64,000 bases of DNA from Solirubrobacteraceae bacterium (GTDB taxonomy: Bacteria; Actinomycetota; Thermoleophilia; Solirubrobacterales; Solirubrobacteraceae), in NCBI GenBank assembly GCA_036008605.1, contig DASYNL010000045.1, positions 67,855 through 131,854 on the forward strand, given 5' to 3'. Positions 8,981 through 18,712 of the stretch are shown here, in pieces. The position numbers and the translations under genes were made by a program. Under the pieces are notes generated by a model. That model did no database searches. It was not told the origin of the DNA and saw nothing but the letters and a program-made list of their open reading frames with translations. Each line of letters begins with the position of its first letter. The stretch's first letter is position 1.

Positions 8981-9265
8981 CGTCTCGCCTCATTCGCACC
9001 ACACGAGATATTCCCTGCACAGGCAGAGCAACTCCCTGCCGGCGCGTGCTCGACGCCCTGCTCGAGCCGGGCGAGGCGGGCGAGGCGGCCATTACGGACG
9101 CTGACCGAGGGTTGCCAGTTACGCGGCAGGCCGTCTTCGTGGTCCGCGCTGCGTGGCATGGGCGATCTTCGACGATCCAGATCACAAGTACCGGACGCTC
9201 GAAGGAGGGTAGCTTCTCGATCGAGGTGAGTACCGACTTGATGTCCATCCGACGCCCGAAGCATC

Positions 9266-10006
9266 ATGCACGCTATGAGCGCTTCGGACACCAGTGTGGC
9301 GGGGACCGACCCTAAGGCCGTCGTCCTGCTCTCAGGTGGCCTGGACTCGGCCACCGCGCTTGCGATAGCCCAAAGCGAGGGCTATGAGCCTTACGCCATC
9401 TCGTTTAGCTACGGCCAGCGTCACGCTGTCGAGTTGGAGGCTGCCCGCGCCGTGGCCGAGACGGCTGGGGTCGCGCGTCACATTGTCGTCGAGATCGACC
9501 TGAGGGTCTTCGGGGGGTCTGCGCTGACCTCTGACATAGCAGTGCCCAAGCACAATTCTGCCTCCGAACTTACGGATGACATCCCGATCACCTACGTGCC
9601 AGCTCGCAACACGATCTTCCTCTCCTACGCTCTCGCGTACGCAGAGGTGCTAGAGGCTGACGACATCTTCATCGGGGTCAATGCGCTCGACTACAGTGGC
9701 TACCCCGACTGCCGCCCCGAGTACATTCGTGCGTTTGAGGCGATGGCCAATCTGGCTACGAAGCGTGGCGTCGAGGGCGGCAGCCTATGCATCCATACGC
9801 CGCTCATCGATCTCACGAAGGCCGAGACGGTCCGCCGCGGGCTTGCTCTAGGTATCGACTATGCGCAGACGCGGTCGTGCTACGACCCCGCAGCCACCGG
9901 CGAGGCCTGCGGCCATTGCGATTCTTGCTTGTTGCGCTTGCGCGCGTTTGCGGAGAACGATCTCTTCGACCCCGCGCCCTACCAGCCCCAGGCTGGGGTC
10001 GCCTAG
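9266..10006 (+). CDS. queC: 7-cyano-7-deazaguanine (preQ0) synthase
   Basis: [52 protein letters not shown]. Confidence 0.96.
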   Translation: MHAMSASDTSVAGTDPKAVVLLSGGLDSATALAIAQSEGYEPYAISFSYGQRHAVELEAARAVAETAGVARHIVVEIDLRVFGGSALTSDIAVPKHNSASELTDDIPITYVPARNTIFLSYALAYAEVLEADDIFIGVNALDYSGYPDCRPEYIRAFEAMANLATKRGVEGGSLCIHTPLIDLTKAETVRRGLALGIDYAQTRSCYDPAATGEACGHCDSCLLRLRAFAENDLFDPAPYQPQAGVA

Positions 10007-10010
10007 CCGC

Positions 10011-10772
10011 ATGCTCACGACACCAGCAACCCCAACCCGTCGGCATACGGCGGGCGCCGTAACGCTACCTGTGGTCGAGATCTTCGGCCCGACCATTCAA
10101 GGCGAGGGTCCGGATGCTGGCGTGCCCGCCTACTTCGTGCGCTTCGGGGGATGCGACTACCGCTGTATCTGGTGTGACTCGATGCACGCCGTCGACCCCG
10201 TGGAAGTTCGGTCGAACGCCGAGCGCCTGACGGCAGAGCAGATCATCCAGCGAGTAACAGAATTGCCGCCCGGCCCCGACCTTGTCGTGCTCTCCGGCGG
10301 GAACCCCGCATTGCTCGACCTCGGTGCACTCGTCCTCGCACTCAGGCGCGAAGGCAAGCGTGTCGCGGTCGAGACGCAAGGAAGTCGCTGGTGCGCCTGG
10401 CTCGCCGACGTCGACCGACTCGTTATTTCCCCCAAGCCACCCTCCTCGGGCATGGCGGGTCCCGACGAGTTGATTGCGCTGCGGGCTTTCTTGGGCAACG
10501 TGACCTCTGCCTCCACACCGGCACTGAAGATAGTCATCTTCGACCAGGCTGATCTCGACTGGGCAGCCACGTGCCATAGCAACTATCCCCAACTGCCTCT
10601 CTTCCTCTCCGCCGGCACCGATATCGGCCTGCCCGAGGAGAAGACACTGACTCGCCTGCGCGAGCGCTACCGTTGGCTGTGCGAGACGGTCTCCCGCCGG
10701 GCCGACCTCCGCGCCGCGAGCGTCCTGCCGCAGTTGCACGTGATCGCCTGGGGCACGGCGAGGGGAGTTTGA
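10011..10772 (+). CDS. queE: 7-carboxy-7-deazaguanine synthase (radical SAM)
   Basis: [27 protein letters not shown] (CxxxCxxC), [25 protein letters not shown]. Confidence 0.95.
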   Translation: MLTTPATPTRRHTAGAVTLPVVEIFGPTIQGEGPDAGVPAYFVRFGGCDYRCIWCDSMHAVDPVEVRSNAERLTAEQIIQRVTELPPGPDLVVLSGGNPALLDLGALVLALRREGKRVAVETQGSRWCAWLADVDRLVISPKPPSSGMAGPDELIALRAFLGNVTSASTPALKIVIFDQADLDWAATCHSNYPQLPLFLSAGTDIGLPEEKTLTRLRERYRWLCETVSRRADLRAASVLPQLHVIAWGTARGV

Positions 10773-10774
10773 AG

Positions 10775-11140
10775 ATGGAGCTCTTCAAGGAGTTCACCTT
10801 CGAGGCGGCCCATCGCCTGCCGGGTGTACCCCCAGACCACAGGTGCGCACGGCTGCACGGGCATTCCTACCGTGTGCAAATACACGTCAGTGGCGAAGTC
10901 GACCCCACATCTGGCATGGTCATGGACTTCGCTGACATCAAGGCCGCGTTCAAGCCGATCATCGATGAACACCTCGACCATTACTACCTCAACGATGTTG
11001 CCGGACTGGAGAACCCAACGTCGGAGAACCTGGCCCGCTGGATCTGGCACCGGCTTAGCCCCACCCTGCCCCAGTTGAGTGCCATCGAGGTGCGTGAGAC
11101 CTGCACCTCTGGGGTCATCTACCGCGGTGGGCACGAGTGA
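10775..11140 (+). CDS. queD: 6-carboxytetrahydropterin synthase
   Basis: [45 protein letters not shown]. Confidence 0.95.
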   Translation: MELFKEFTFEAAHRLPGVPPDHRCARLHGHSYRVQIHVSGEVDPTSGMVMDFADIKAAFKPIIDEHLDHYYLNDVAGLENPTSENLARWIWHRLSPTLPQLSAIEVRETCTSGVIYRGGHE

Positions 11141-11958
11141 TGAGCCTGCTCGTGGAGGGAACGCTGCCTGACGTCCAAGCTGGCGACGACGAGCGGGGGG
11201 TCGCCCTCGATGAGGTGGGTATCTCTGGCTTGCGCTACCCGGCAACGATCGAATGCGCCGATGGTAGTTTGCAGCAAACAATCTGTGAGGCTCAACTCGC
11301 CGTTGCGCTAGCGGCGCCGACACGCGGCACGCACATGAGCCGTTTTGTCGAGGCGTTGCATGAGCAGCGCGGGACCCTCTCGCCTGTGAGTATTCTCGCG
11401 ACGGCCCGCGGCCTTGCCGCCCGGCTTGACGCCGACGAGGCGGCGATCCGGTTCGCTTTCCCGCTGTTCCTCTCGCGTAAGGCGCCCGTCACCAGGCAGG
11501 AGGCGCTGCTCGGTATCGACTGCACGCTCACGGCACGGTCTAGGACGAATGGTGCTGGGGAGGTACGCATCGGAGCCCGCGTGCCGGTGACAAGCCTATG
11601 TCCCTGCTCCAAGGAGATCGCTGACTACAGCGCCCACTCCCAACGCGGACACGTGCTTATAGAGGTGCTTGACGGCCGTTGGCCAATCGGCGCCCCCGGG
11701 CTCTGGCCGGAGGAGTTGCTGACCGTCTGCGACCAGGCGGCATCGGCGCCGATCTATCCCCTACTCAAGCGCCCTGATGAGCGCCATGTGACGATGCTTG
11801 CCTACGATCGCCCCGCGTTCGTAGAGGATCTTGCGCGCGATGTCGCCCTAGCGCTAAAGGCAGACGAGCGGGTTGACGGCTTCGACCTCGAAGTCGTCAA
11901 CCAGGAGAGCATCCACGACCACCAGGCATTTGCGCGACTTGAGTGGAGGCGCCTGTGA
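11137..11958 (+). CDS. folE2: GTP cyclohydrolase I type IB
   Basis: [36 protein letters not shown]. Confidence 0.92.
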   Translation: MMSLLVEGTLPDVQAGDDERGVALDEVGISGLRYPATIECADGSLQQTICEAQLAVALAAPTRGTHMSRFVEALHEQRGTLSPVSILATARGLAARLDADEAAIRFAFPLFLSRKAPVTRQEALLGIDCTLTARSRTNGAGEVRIGARVPVTSLCPCSKEIADYSAHSQRGHVLIEVLDGRWPIGAPGLWPEELLTVCDQAASAPIYPLLKRPDERHVTMLAYDRPAFVEDLARDVALALKADERVDGFDLEVVNQESIHDHQAFARLEWRRL

Positions 11959-12620
11959 GCGGAAACATCCTCGTTGTTAGCTCGTGCACAGCGACCAAGC
12001 TTGCAACGCCCAACAGACGATCGCGCTGGGCTGAGTCGCTGTATGCCGGTCAGCAGCACACGCGCCTGATGCGAGGGATTCAGGAGTATCGCGATGCCGG
12101 GCAGCCTGCCGGCGAACTGCGCTTCCGCATCCTCTCAGCTTTCCACGGGCTTATGCCTCCGCGCAGACCGATCTCCTCCTACAACCATTCGTTCTCCGGA
12201 CTGCCAGCCGCGGCCATCCGCCAGCAGGGCCGTGAGAAGAATGTGCCCGAGGATCTCCGCATGCTGCTGCGCAAGCCGTTCGATATCGGCTTGCTGCTAC
12301 TCGGCGATCCCTATCTGCGCGCTTGTGACCTAGACGCCGAGGTCAAGCTGGGAGGCCACCTCCTCTGCTTTTGCAGTCCCGCTGTCGCGCGGCGCATGCC
12401 AGAGATCGACGGACTACGCACGATCCCCCTTGCCAACGCCGAGGCGCGGCGCTTCTCCTGCGGTCTGATCGCACTCAAGGGCGAGCTCGGAGGGCGTCTA
12501 CTCTCACAACTTGTAGCTGAACCGGAAAAGATTGACCGCTTCACTGCGCCAAACGCAGATATCCTGCGCCAGCTAGACGAGAGCCCAGGCCTGTGCCGAT
12601 CGCAGTCCATCGCGGCGTAG
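11955..12620 (+). CDS. YaaA/DUF328-like protein, probable DpdC equivalent
   Basis: VVSSCTATK..AESLYAGQQH..FRILSAFHGL..ISSYNHSF pattern; lies between folE2 and dpdA. Confidence 0.65.
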   Translation: MSGNILVVSSCTATKLATPNRRSRWAESLYAGQQHTRLMRGIQEYRDAGQPAGELRFRILSAFHGLMPPRRPISSYNHSFSGLPAAAIRQQGREKNVPEDLRMLLRKPFDIGLLLLGDPYLRACDLDAEVKLGGHLLCFCSPAVARRMPEIDGLRTIPLANAEARRFSCGLIALKGELGGRLLSQLVAEPEKIDRFTAPNADILRQLDESPGLCRSQSIAA

Positions 12621-12622
12621 CG

Positions 12623-13882
12623 ATGGACTTCTACTTCCCCGACAGCCAGGATCAGGTAGACCCCGACTTCGACTTCGACGCCGAAGTCCATCCCCCGTTT
12701 CACGTGCGTCAGCGAGACGATCGCTACGCACACGAGGTTCACGATCAGCCGCCTTACAGCGGAATGCTCATTTCCAAGACGATGGTTGACGGCTACGGTG
12801 GGGCCGGTCGCTACACCGCTGCTCAACGCCACCGCCTCCATAGACTGGGAGCGCACACGTTCTTCCGACTGCCGGAGGGGCTCAAAGTCATCGGCGACTG
12901 TGGCGGCTTCAGCTATGTCACGGAGGACAAACCCCCTGTCACGGTCGAAGAGGTCATTGACTTCTATGAGCACACCGGAGTTGACGAGGGCGTGTCCGTC
13001 GATCACGTGATTCTCGGCTATCAAGCTGACTCGGCTATGAGCCCACCGCCGGAGGAGTGGATTGATCGCCAGGTGCTCACCCTCGAACTGGCTGCCGAAT
13101 TCTTTGCCGAGCACAAGCGTCGCGGCTGCCAGTTTACGCCGATGGGCGCGGCGCAGGGCTGGAGTCCCGAGTCCTACGCCGTGTCGGTGCAACGTCTACA
13201 GGAGATCGGCTATCGACGCATCGCGCTCGGAGGGATGGTGTCTTTGAAGTTCGAGCAGATCGTGACCTGCCTGGAGGCTATCGCCAAAGTGAGGCTCTCC
13301 GGTACGAGTTTGCACCTGCTCGGCATCAGCCGGGCCGAGCACTATGCGACCTTTCACGAACTTGGTGTACGCAGCCTCGACTCGACTTCGCCGTTCCGTC
13401 AAGCGTTCAAGGACGACAAGGACAACTACTACACGACGGGCGACAACCACGTTGCGCTGCGCATCCCGCCGTCGGAAGGGAATCCAAGTCTGCGTGGACG
13501 CATCCGCGCAGGCCAACTCGACCAGAGCGTCGTCGTCAAGGCGGAGAAGCGCGCGCTAGACGCAGTGCGTGCTTACGACCGGGGCACCGGCACGCTGACG
13601 GTTGCTCTCAAAGCGTTGAGGACGTACGAGCGGATCTTCGATATCAAAGAACGCGACCGCACCGAGGTGTACCGTGCGATGCTCGAAGTGCGCCCCTGGC
13701 AGAGGTGTCCGTGCGCAGTCTGTCGTCGCTGGGGCGTCGAGGTGGCGATCTTTCGCGGTACCGAGCGCAACAAGCGCCGGGGCTTTCACAACCTATGGGT
13801 CTTCAATCAAGTGGCTCAGGAGCAGATAATCGGGATGAGTACGGTCAAGATAGATACGGAGGCGATCAGTGAACCGGCCTGA
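12623..13882 (+). CDS. dpdA: TGT-paralog DNA base-exchange enzyme DpdA
   Basis: FYFPDSQDQVDP N-terminus; TGT catalytic motifs IGDCGGFSY, SVDH, LHLLG, DSTS; RRGFHN; clustered with preQ0 genes and DGQHR proteins. Confidence 0.9.
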   Translation: MDFYFPDSQDQVDPDFDFDAEVHPPFHVRQRDDRYAHEVHDQPPYSGMLISKTMVDGYGGAGRYTAAQRHRLHRLGAHTFFRLPEGLKVIGDCGGFSYVTEDKPPVTVEEVIDFYEHTGVDEGVSVDHVILGYQADSAMSPPPEEWIDRQVLTLELAAEFFAEHKRRGCQFTPMGAAQGWSPESYAVSVQRLQEIGYRRIALGGMVSLKFEQIVTCLEAIAKVRLSGTSLHLLGISRAEHYATFHELGVRSLDSTSPFRQAFKDDKDNYYTTGDNHVALRIPPSEGNPSLRGRIRAGQLDQSVVVKAEKRALDAVRAYDRGTGTLTVALKALRTYERIFDIKERDRTEVYRAMLEVRPWQRCPCAVCRRWGVEVAIFRGTERNKRRGFHNLWVFNQVAQEQIIGMSTVKIDTEAISEPA

Positions 13883-15032
13883 TCTACGCCTGGACGCACT
13901 TGAGGTCCGCCAGGGCAAGCGCCGGCTCTATCAGTTCGCTGTAGACGGCAAGCAGCTCGCTGGCATCAGTACCGTCTCGCGCATTCACCGTGACCATGAG
14001 GGTCACATCGGCGGCTACCAGCGTCCTGAGGTCCTACGTCACGTCAAGGCCATCCGCGACTACCTGGAGAGCCCCGGCGCGCTCATGCCAAATGCGATCG
14101 TGATCGCGTTCGACTCGCGCGTGCGCTTCGAGCCGGCGCCAGGCATAAAAGCTAGCGCCGGGAGCGCCGCGGGGAGCATCGTCATCCCAGCGCCTGAGCC
14201 GGACTCGCCCAATGCGCCGGGATGGATCGTGGACGGCCAGCAGCGTGTCGCGGCACTCAGGGACGCACAGCTCGACAACTTTCCCGTGCCGGTCGTAGCG
14301 TTTATTACTGACGATCTGCGCGAGCAGCGCGCCCAGTTCATCCTCGTCAACAACACCAAGCCCCTGCCCAAGGGCCTGATTCACGAGCTCCTGCCAGACA
14401 CCGAGGGGCATTTGCCTCATGCACTACTACGCAAGCGTTACCCGTCGAAGCTACTCTCACTGCTCAACCTACTCCCCGACTCACCGATGGCGGGGGCGAT
14501 AAAGACCCCCACTATGCCCGACGGACGCATCCGCGACAACTCAGTGCTGAAGATGATCGAGAACTCGATCACCGACGGCGCCCTGTACCGCTACCGGGAT
14601 CCCAGAACGGGCGAGGGCGACACCAGTCGGATGGTCCAGGTCCTGTGGAACTTCTGGGAAGCTGTTGCTGCCACCTGGCCTGACGCTTGGGCATTGCCGC
14701 CTCGCAAGTCGCGACTAACGCACGGTGTAGGGATTGTCGCGCTTGGCTTCGTTATGGACGAGATCACCGAATGTTGTTCGGTCGGATCTGAGGTACCCAC
14801 AAGCAAGACATACTCGGAGCACCTTAAGCCGCTTGTTGAGATTTGTGCCTGGACACGAGGACAGTGGGCCTTCGGGCTTCGCGAACACCGAGCTTGGAAT
14901 GAGCTTCAGGTCACTCCAAAGGACATTCTTAAGCTGACGGAGCTTCTTCTGCGGGCCTATAGAGCCAAGAATCTAGTCGAGAAAGACCGTGAATTGCATG
15001 CATCTAAGGATTCCATCGCAGCGCTTCAGTAG
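13869..15032 (+). CDS. dpdB: DGQHR/DndB-like protein DpdB
   Basis: GYQRPEV, MPNAIVIAF, WIVDGQQR, QFILVNNTKPLPKGLIHELLP; overlaps dpdA. Confidence 0.88.
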   Translation: MNRPDLRLDALEVRQGKRRLYQFAVDGKQLAGISTVSRIHRDHEGHIGGYQRPEVLRHVKAIRDYLESPGALMPNAIVIAFDSRVRFEPAPGIKASAGSAAGSIVIPAPEPDSPNAPGWIVDGQQRVAALRDAQLDNFPVPVVAFITDDLREQRAQFILVNNTKPLPKGLIHELLPDTEGHLPHALLRKRYPSKLLSLLNLLPDSPMAGAIKTPTMPDGRIRDNSVLKMIENSITDGALYRYRDPRTGEGDTSRMVQVLWNFWEAVAATWPDAWALPPRKSRLTHGVGIVALGFVMDEITECCSVGSEVPTSKTYSEHLKPLVEICAWTRGQWAFGLREHRAWNELQVTPKDILKLTELLLRAYRAKNLVEKDRELHASKDSIAALQ

Positions 15033-15093
15033 CGGTTGTAATAGTAATTCATACCTCAATATCAGCTCCCTTACCTACGTACAGGGTTAAAAT

Positions 15094-16665
15094 ATGGATA
15101 CTTACGATGTCATAAGATTTAGTCAATACGAGTCCGATTCTGAAGATGACGATCTACTTCTGTTCGCTGCGCCAGCTAAGCAAATCTGGCGTTGGGCTGG
15201 CATCCCACGTAAGGGATGGGATGTACGTATGCTTTTCCAGCGATGGATCACTCCAGCGCGCCAACAGGAAGTAACGGCGTTTTGGGATTACGCATCGCAG
15301 TCAGTACCGCACGAACGACAAGGAAAGAATTACATCCTCGGGCCGACCGCCCTAACAGTTGCGGTCTTCGATTCACCGGAGGTCGAGTCCGGCAAGATCG
15401 CGCTCAAATACGAGCCGCCATTCGCCATATCCGATGAGCGGCCACGGAAGCTGTCACTTGCCGCAACTGTAGTGGTTGATCGTATGTCGAAGCGCCTCAC
15501 TCCCCAGGAAAAGGAGGTGCTTCTAGGTGTTCGATCAGAGCCAACCTGTGAGTTCCCCGATGTATCCCCGAACTGGGTACTACAATCTCTGTGCCAAATA
15601 GTCCAGGCAGCCTCAGACCCTGAATATTTCGTCCAGACCAACAATTTGACGGATGGGGATGTAGATGGACTAATAGAGTCCCTAGAGGCACTTTGTCGTC
15701 CTGCCCTCGTTGTCGATGGCCAGCACCGCTTGTACGGTGCCGCGCACGCTGCGGCAGATATATGGCTCCCCATAGTAGCCATGCCTAACAGTCCGTGGAC
15801 ACAGGGCATCTACCAGTTCATTGTGATCAACGAGAAGGCCCAGCGGGTTGATACCGGGCTACTAACGGACATTTTCGGCAGTTCACTAACTCCAACTGAG
15901 CAGAAGGCCATCGAAAGTCAACTTGATCGAAGCGGGGCACGAGTCCAGGAGCGGATCGCGGCAGTGGTGGCCGCCAGGGATGAGGACAGCCCCTTTTATG
16001 AATTGGTTCGCTTTTCTCTCCAAGGTGAGTCGCAAGGGATTATTCCGACGCTCACGGTCCGTCAACTAATAGAGGGTGGTAGTCGCGGCGCACGGGGATG
16101 GAGGAGTGATACCGAGTTCTACACCATGTACGTCAAGCCTACGTTTCCCAATGCAGCAGAGTGGGATAGTTGGACCGATGGCAAGTGGAAGGACTATTGG
16201 TTCGCGTTCTGGGCTGAGGTACGGGACTATTACAACGCACAAGCCAGCAACGAACTATGGACAAAGGAGGCGCAGACTAATTTGACCAAGGCTGTATCGC
16301 TACGTCTATTTCAGAGGCTGTTTATCGAAAAGATGATCGAGAGTATCCGCGACGTGGTAAAAACGCGCGAGACGCTGGCGGCCATGCTCAAAGACGAGGA
16401 GCGGGCCGACGAGGCGGTAGAGGCACAAATCAAGGCGGTCGCCCTGCCAGACTCCATCAATGAGTTTAGAACAAGAGTGCGAGAGCAGTTTCTAGAGAAG
16501 GGGGTGCCTGTCCGGGTTTTTGAGCGTCCCTGGGTGAGCAGCCTCGATGACCAGCAAGGTCAACAGTATCTTTATGAAGAGTTTCTGAAGGCTTATGAGT
16601 CCTCTCAGCGAGATACGCTCTACTACGCACGCAATAAGGATGTCTTTGCCGTAACAGAAGACTGA
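15094..16665 (+). CDS. Second DGQHR-domain protein (523 aa, with an internal insertion)
   Basis: FQRWI..GPTALTVA..(long insert)..LVVDGQHRLYG..QFIVINEKAQRV. Confidence 0.82.
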   Translation: MDTYDVIRFSQYESDSEDDDLLLFAAPAKQIWRWAGIPRKGWDVRMLFQRWITPARQQEVTAFWDYASQSVPHERQGKNYILGPTALTVAVFDSPEVESGKIALKYEPPFAISDERPRKLSLAATVVVDRMSKRLTPQEKEVLLGVRSEPTCEFPDVSPNWVLQSLCQIVQAASDPEYFVQTNNLTDGDVDGLIESLEALCRPALVVDGQHRLYGAAHAAADIWLPIVAMPNSPWTQGIYQFIVINEKAQRVDTGLLTDIFGSSLTPTEQKAIESQLDRSGARVQERIAAVVAARDEDSPFYELVRFSLQGESQGIIPTLTVRQLIEGGSRGARGWRSDTEFYTMYVKPTFPNAAEWDSWTDGKWKDYWFAFWAEVRDYYNAQASNELWTKEAQTNLTKAVSLRLFQRLFIEKMIESIRDVVKTRETLAAMLKDEERADEAVEAQIKAVALPDSINEFRTRVREQFLEKGVPVRVFERPWVSSLDDQQGQQYLYEEFLKAYESSQRDTLYYARNKDVFAVTED

Positions 16666-16703
16666 CATTATGTGCTTGCGAGCACAGCAGCGGAAGGTGC
16701 CGT

Positions 16704-17579
16704 GTGCTCACTAATGAAGTCTTGGACGAGGGCGAGTTCTTCGCTGCGCTTGAGGCGTTGTGTGCGAGTGTCGAGGAGTCTGAGGCGCGCGCAATCCGAA
16801 TAGCTCTCACATCCGTGATAGCTCGTCTTGTGGAGACGCGTTTGTTGAGCGACCAGCAATTGCGCGAGGTGGCTCGATACCCTGATGTGTATCTAGAGCA
16901 GTCTCGACAGATCGTAGAAGATAGAGTCGCTGAGCTCGGCTTGAGCACGTATGTGGACGAGAATGACGTACGTTACCTCGCGCGATTGTTGACTTCGGGG
17001 GTTCCGCATCGGACTAGACCCGAGCCAGTGGGCACTGAGCTTATCTCCGTACTGTTTAGAGAGAGCTATCGCAATGGGGGCCGGGAGCTTCGCTGTGCTA
17101 TTTGCGGCTTTCATTTCCGCGAAGGCGACGTGTCGGAGGCTCGACGGGAACTCGCACGACAATTCGAATTCGTATATGCAGCAGAATTTGATCCAAGACG
17201 GGTCGCGGATGGATTGAAGCCACCACATAAAACTGCCCTACACATCGACCATGTCATACCACGCTTGGGGTGGGGTCCGACTCGGGCTGAGAACTTGCAG
17301 GTGCTATGCGAGTTCTGTAATCAGGGCAAGCTATCGTTCCGTCGCGGCTTGGAGAACCTCTCGGGCTTTGCTGCAGCAAGCGTTCCGCCACTGGATCGCC
17401 TGCCCGCGGAGTGGGCGACACGACAAGCTGTCGTAGCAGCGCTCATGACCGCTCAGAGTAGTTGCGGAGCCTGCGGCACTCGTGCTGACCAGCGGGAGCT
17501 AACGGCAGTAGTGCAGGGCGAGTGGTTTGTACCGTGGATGCTCGAAGTACGATGCTATGACTGTGTCGAGAGTATTTAA
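16704..17579 (+). CDS. HNH endonuclease with Zn ribbons
   Basis: CAICG..LHIDHVIPRLGWGPTRAENLQVLCEFCNQGK; second CGACG..CYDC at the C-terminus. Confidence 0.85.
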   Translation: MLTNEVLDEGEFFAALEALCASVEESEARAIRIALTSVIARLVETRLLSDQQLREVARYPDVYLEQSRQIVEDRVAELGLSTYVDENDVRYLARLLTSGVPHRTRPEPVGTELISVLFRESYRNGGRELRCAICGFHFREGDVSEARRELARQFEFVYAAEFDPRRVADGLKPPHKTALHIDHVIPRLGWGPTRAENLQVLCEFCNQGKLSFRRGLENLSGFAAASVPPLDRLPAEWATRQAVVAALMTAQSSCGACGTRADQRELTAVVQGEWFVPWMLEVRCYDCVESI

Positions 17580-17802
17580 TTTAGGCGCAGCGGCAGAAAC
17601 CGGACCCGATTGTACGGCCGAGAAGGAGAGAACGATGATCGGGTCCAGCGTCCGTTCGCGGATCTCTCCAGAGGCCGCTCGCAGCTCCTCGTTTACCACT
17701 TCGTGTTCGGCCCCGACTCCACAGCAGGCTGCCCTCCTGCTCAGCGACCGCCGACGGCTTCGCACCAGAGTAAACCCTGGTCGAGAGACCTTAGCTAGCC
17801 AG

Positions 17803-18651
17803 CTATATCTTCTCTGCCGCCGCTCTTACGTGTGGCCCGAACTTGGTTCTCATCGCCACGGCGGACATGCTCTTGGCAGGGACTGTCACGCTGATCGCCA
17901 TCGGTCGAGTGCGGTCCGTGCGGGTGACGGCGCAAGCAATTGAGCGTACGCCGCACCCTCGCTCTTCGTCAAAAACGGAGAAGCCGACGGCGTAGATCGC
18001 CAGCAGTTGCTCTGCCAAGACAAGCCTCTTGGTGATAGCGCTGGGACCATTACGCTTGAATTTGAGTTCGGCGATCACCTCGCGCTGGTCGGGAGCGCTG
18101 AGACTGGCCATCAGCGCTCGGCCTATCGCGGTGCAGTATGCGGGCACATAGGCACCGACGTCGAGGCCGAGATCGGCCTCGTGCTGGCCGGGTCCGTGTG
18201 CGAACAGCCTCTCGGTGTAGAGCACTCGGACCCCTTCCAGCACCCCCATGCTGACGGTGTGGCCGGTCACTTCGCGCAGATCTTCAAGGATCGTTCTGGC
18301 GGCGGGCGTCTCTAAGCGCAGGGTGTTGATGAAATCGATACCTGGCCCGCCAGCGCTGCGGGCTAGGCGATAGCGACGGTCTTTGTCCTGCTCGAGATAG
18401 CCAAGCTCCACAAGCGTCTTCCCGTAACGGTGGGTGGTGGCGCGGCTGACCTCGAGGATGTCGGAGAGCTCGCTAATGCGCAACACAGGCCGGCGAGCAC
18501 TGAAGCACTCGAGCATCGCGACCCCATATTCCAACGAGCGAGAATATTTTGTCACCGGCTCAGGCCTGATGCGAGGCTCACGATCCTCAGAGGCCCCGTA
18601 CCCGTCATCTGTATATGGAGCTCCCCCTGCCTCTTGATAGCCCAAATCCAT
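17803..18651 (-). CDS. IclR family transcriptional regulator
   Basis: SRSLEYGVAMLECF..LRISELSDILEVSRATTHRY..LVELGYL; CTAIGRALMA; AISVTVP. Confidence 0.9.
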   Translation of the reverse strand: MDLGYQEAGGAPYTDDGYGASEDREPRIRPEPVTKYSRSLEYGVAMLECFSARRPVLRISELSDILEVSRATTHRYGKTLVELGYLEQDKDRRYRLARSAGGPGIDFINTLRLETPAARTILEDLREVTGHTVSMGVLEGVRVLYTERLFAHGPGQHEADLGLDVGAYVPAYCTAIGRALMASLSAPDQREVIAELKFKRNGPSAITKRLVLAEQLLAIYAVGFSVFDEERGCGVRSIACAVTRTDRTRPMAISVTVPAKSMSAVAMRTKFGPHVRAAAEKI

Positions 18652-18712
18652 TGGCCTCAATGCTCGCGTACCCGGCGAGTTTCCGCTAGAGACCGCGAAA
18701 CTAGTATCCGGG

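Noticed and set aside
8981-9265. Small ORFs or remnants upstream of queC
   Set aside because: Several overlapping short frames, none with a motif or clear ribosome-binding site.
9266-11958. Ordinary queuosine tRNA-modification operon
   Set aside because: No queF/queA/queG or canonical tgt; linked to a DpdA-type TGT and DGQHR proteins.
9266-17579. QatABCD or type IV CBASS (QueC-containing defence systems)
   Set aside because: QueC looks canonical, with the full preQ0 pathway; no KAP ATPase, TatD or CD-NTase is present.
17580-17802. Recombinase or IS remnant between the HNH and IclR genes
   Set aside because: No catalytic motif, terminal inverted repeats or tRNA-end repeat recognised.
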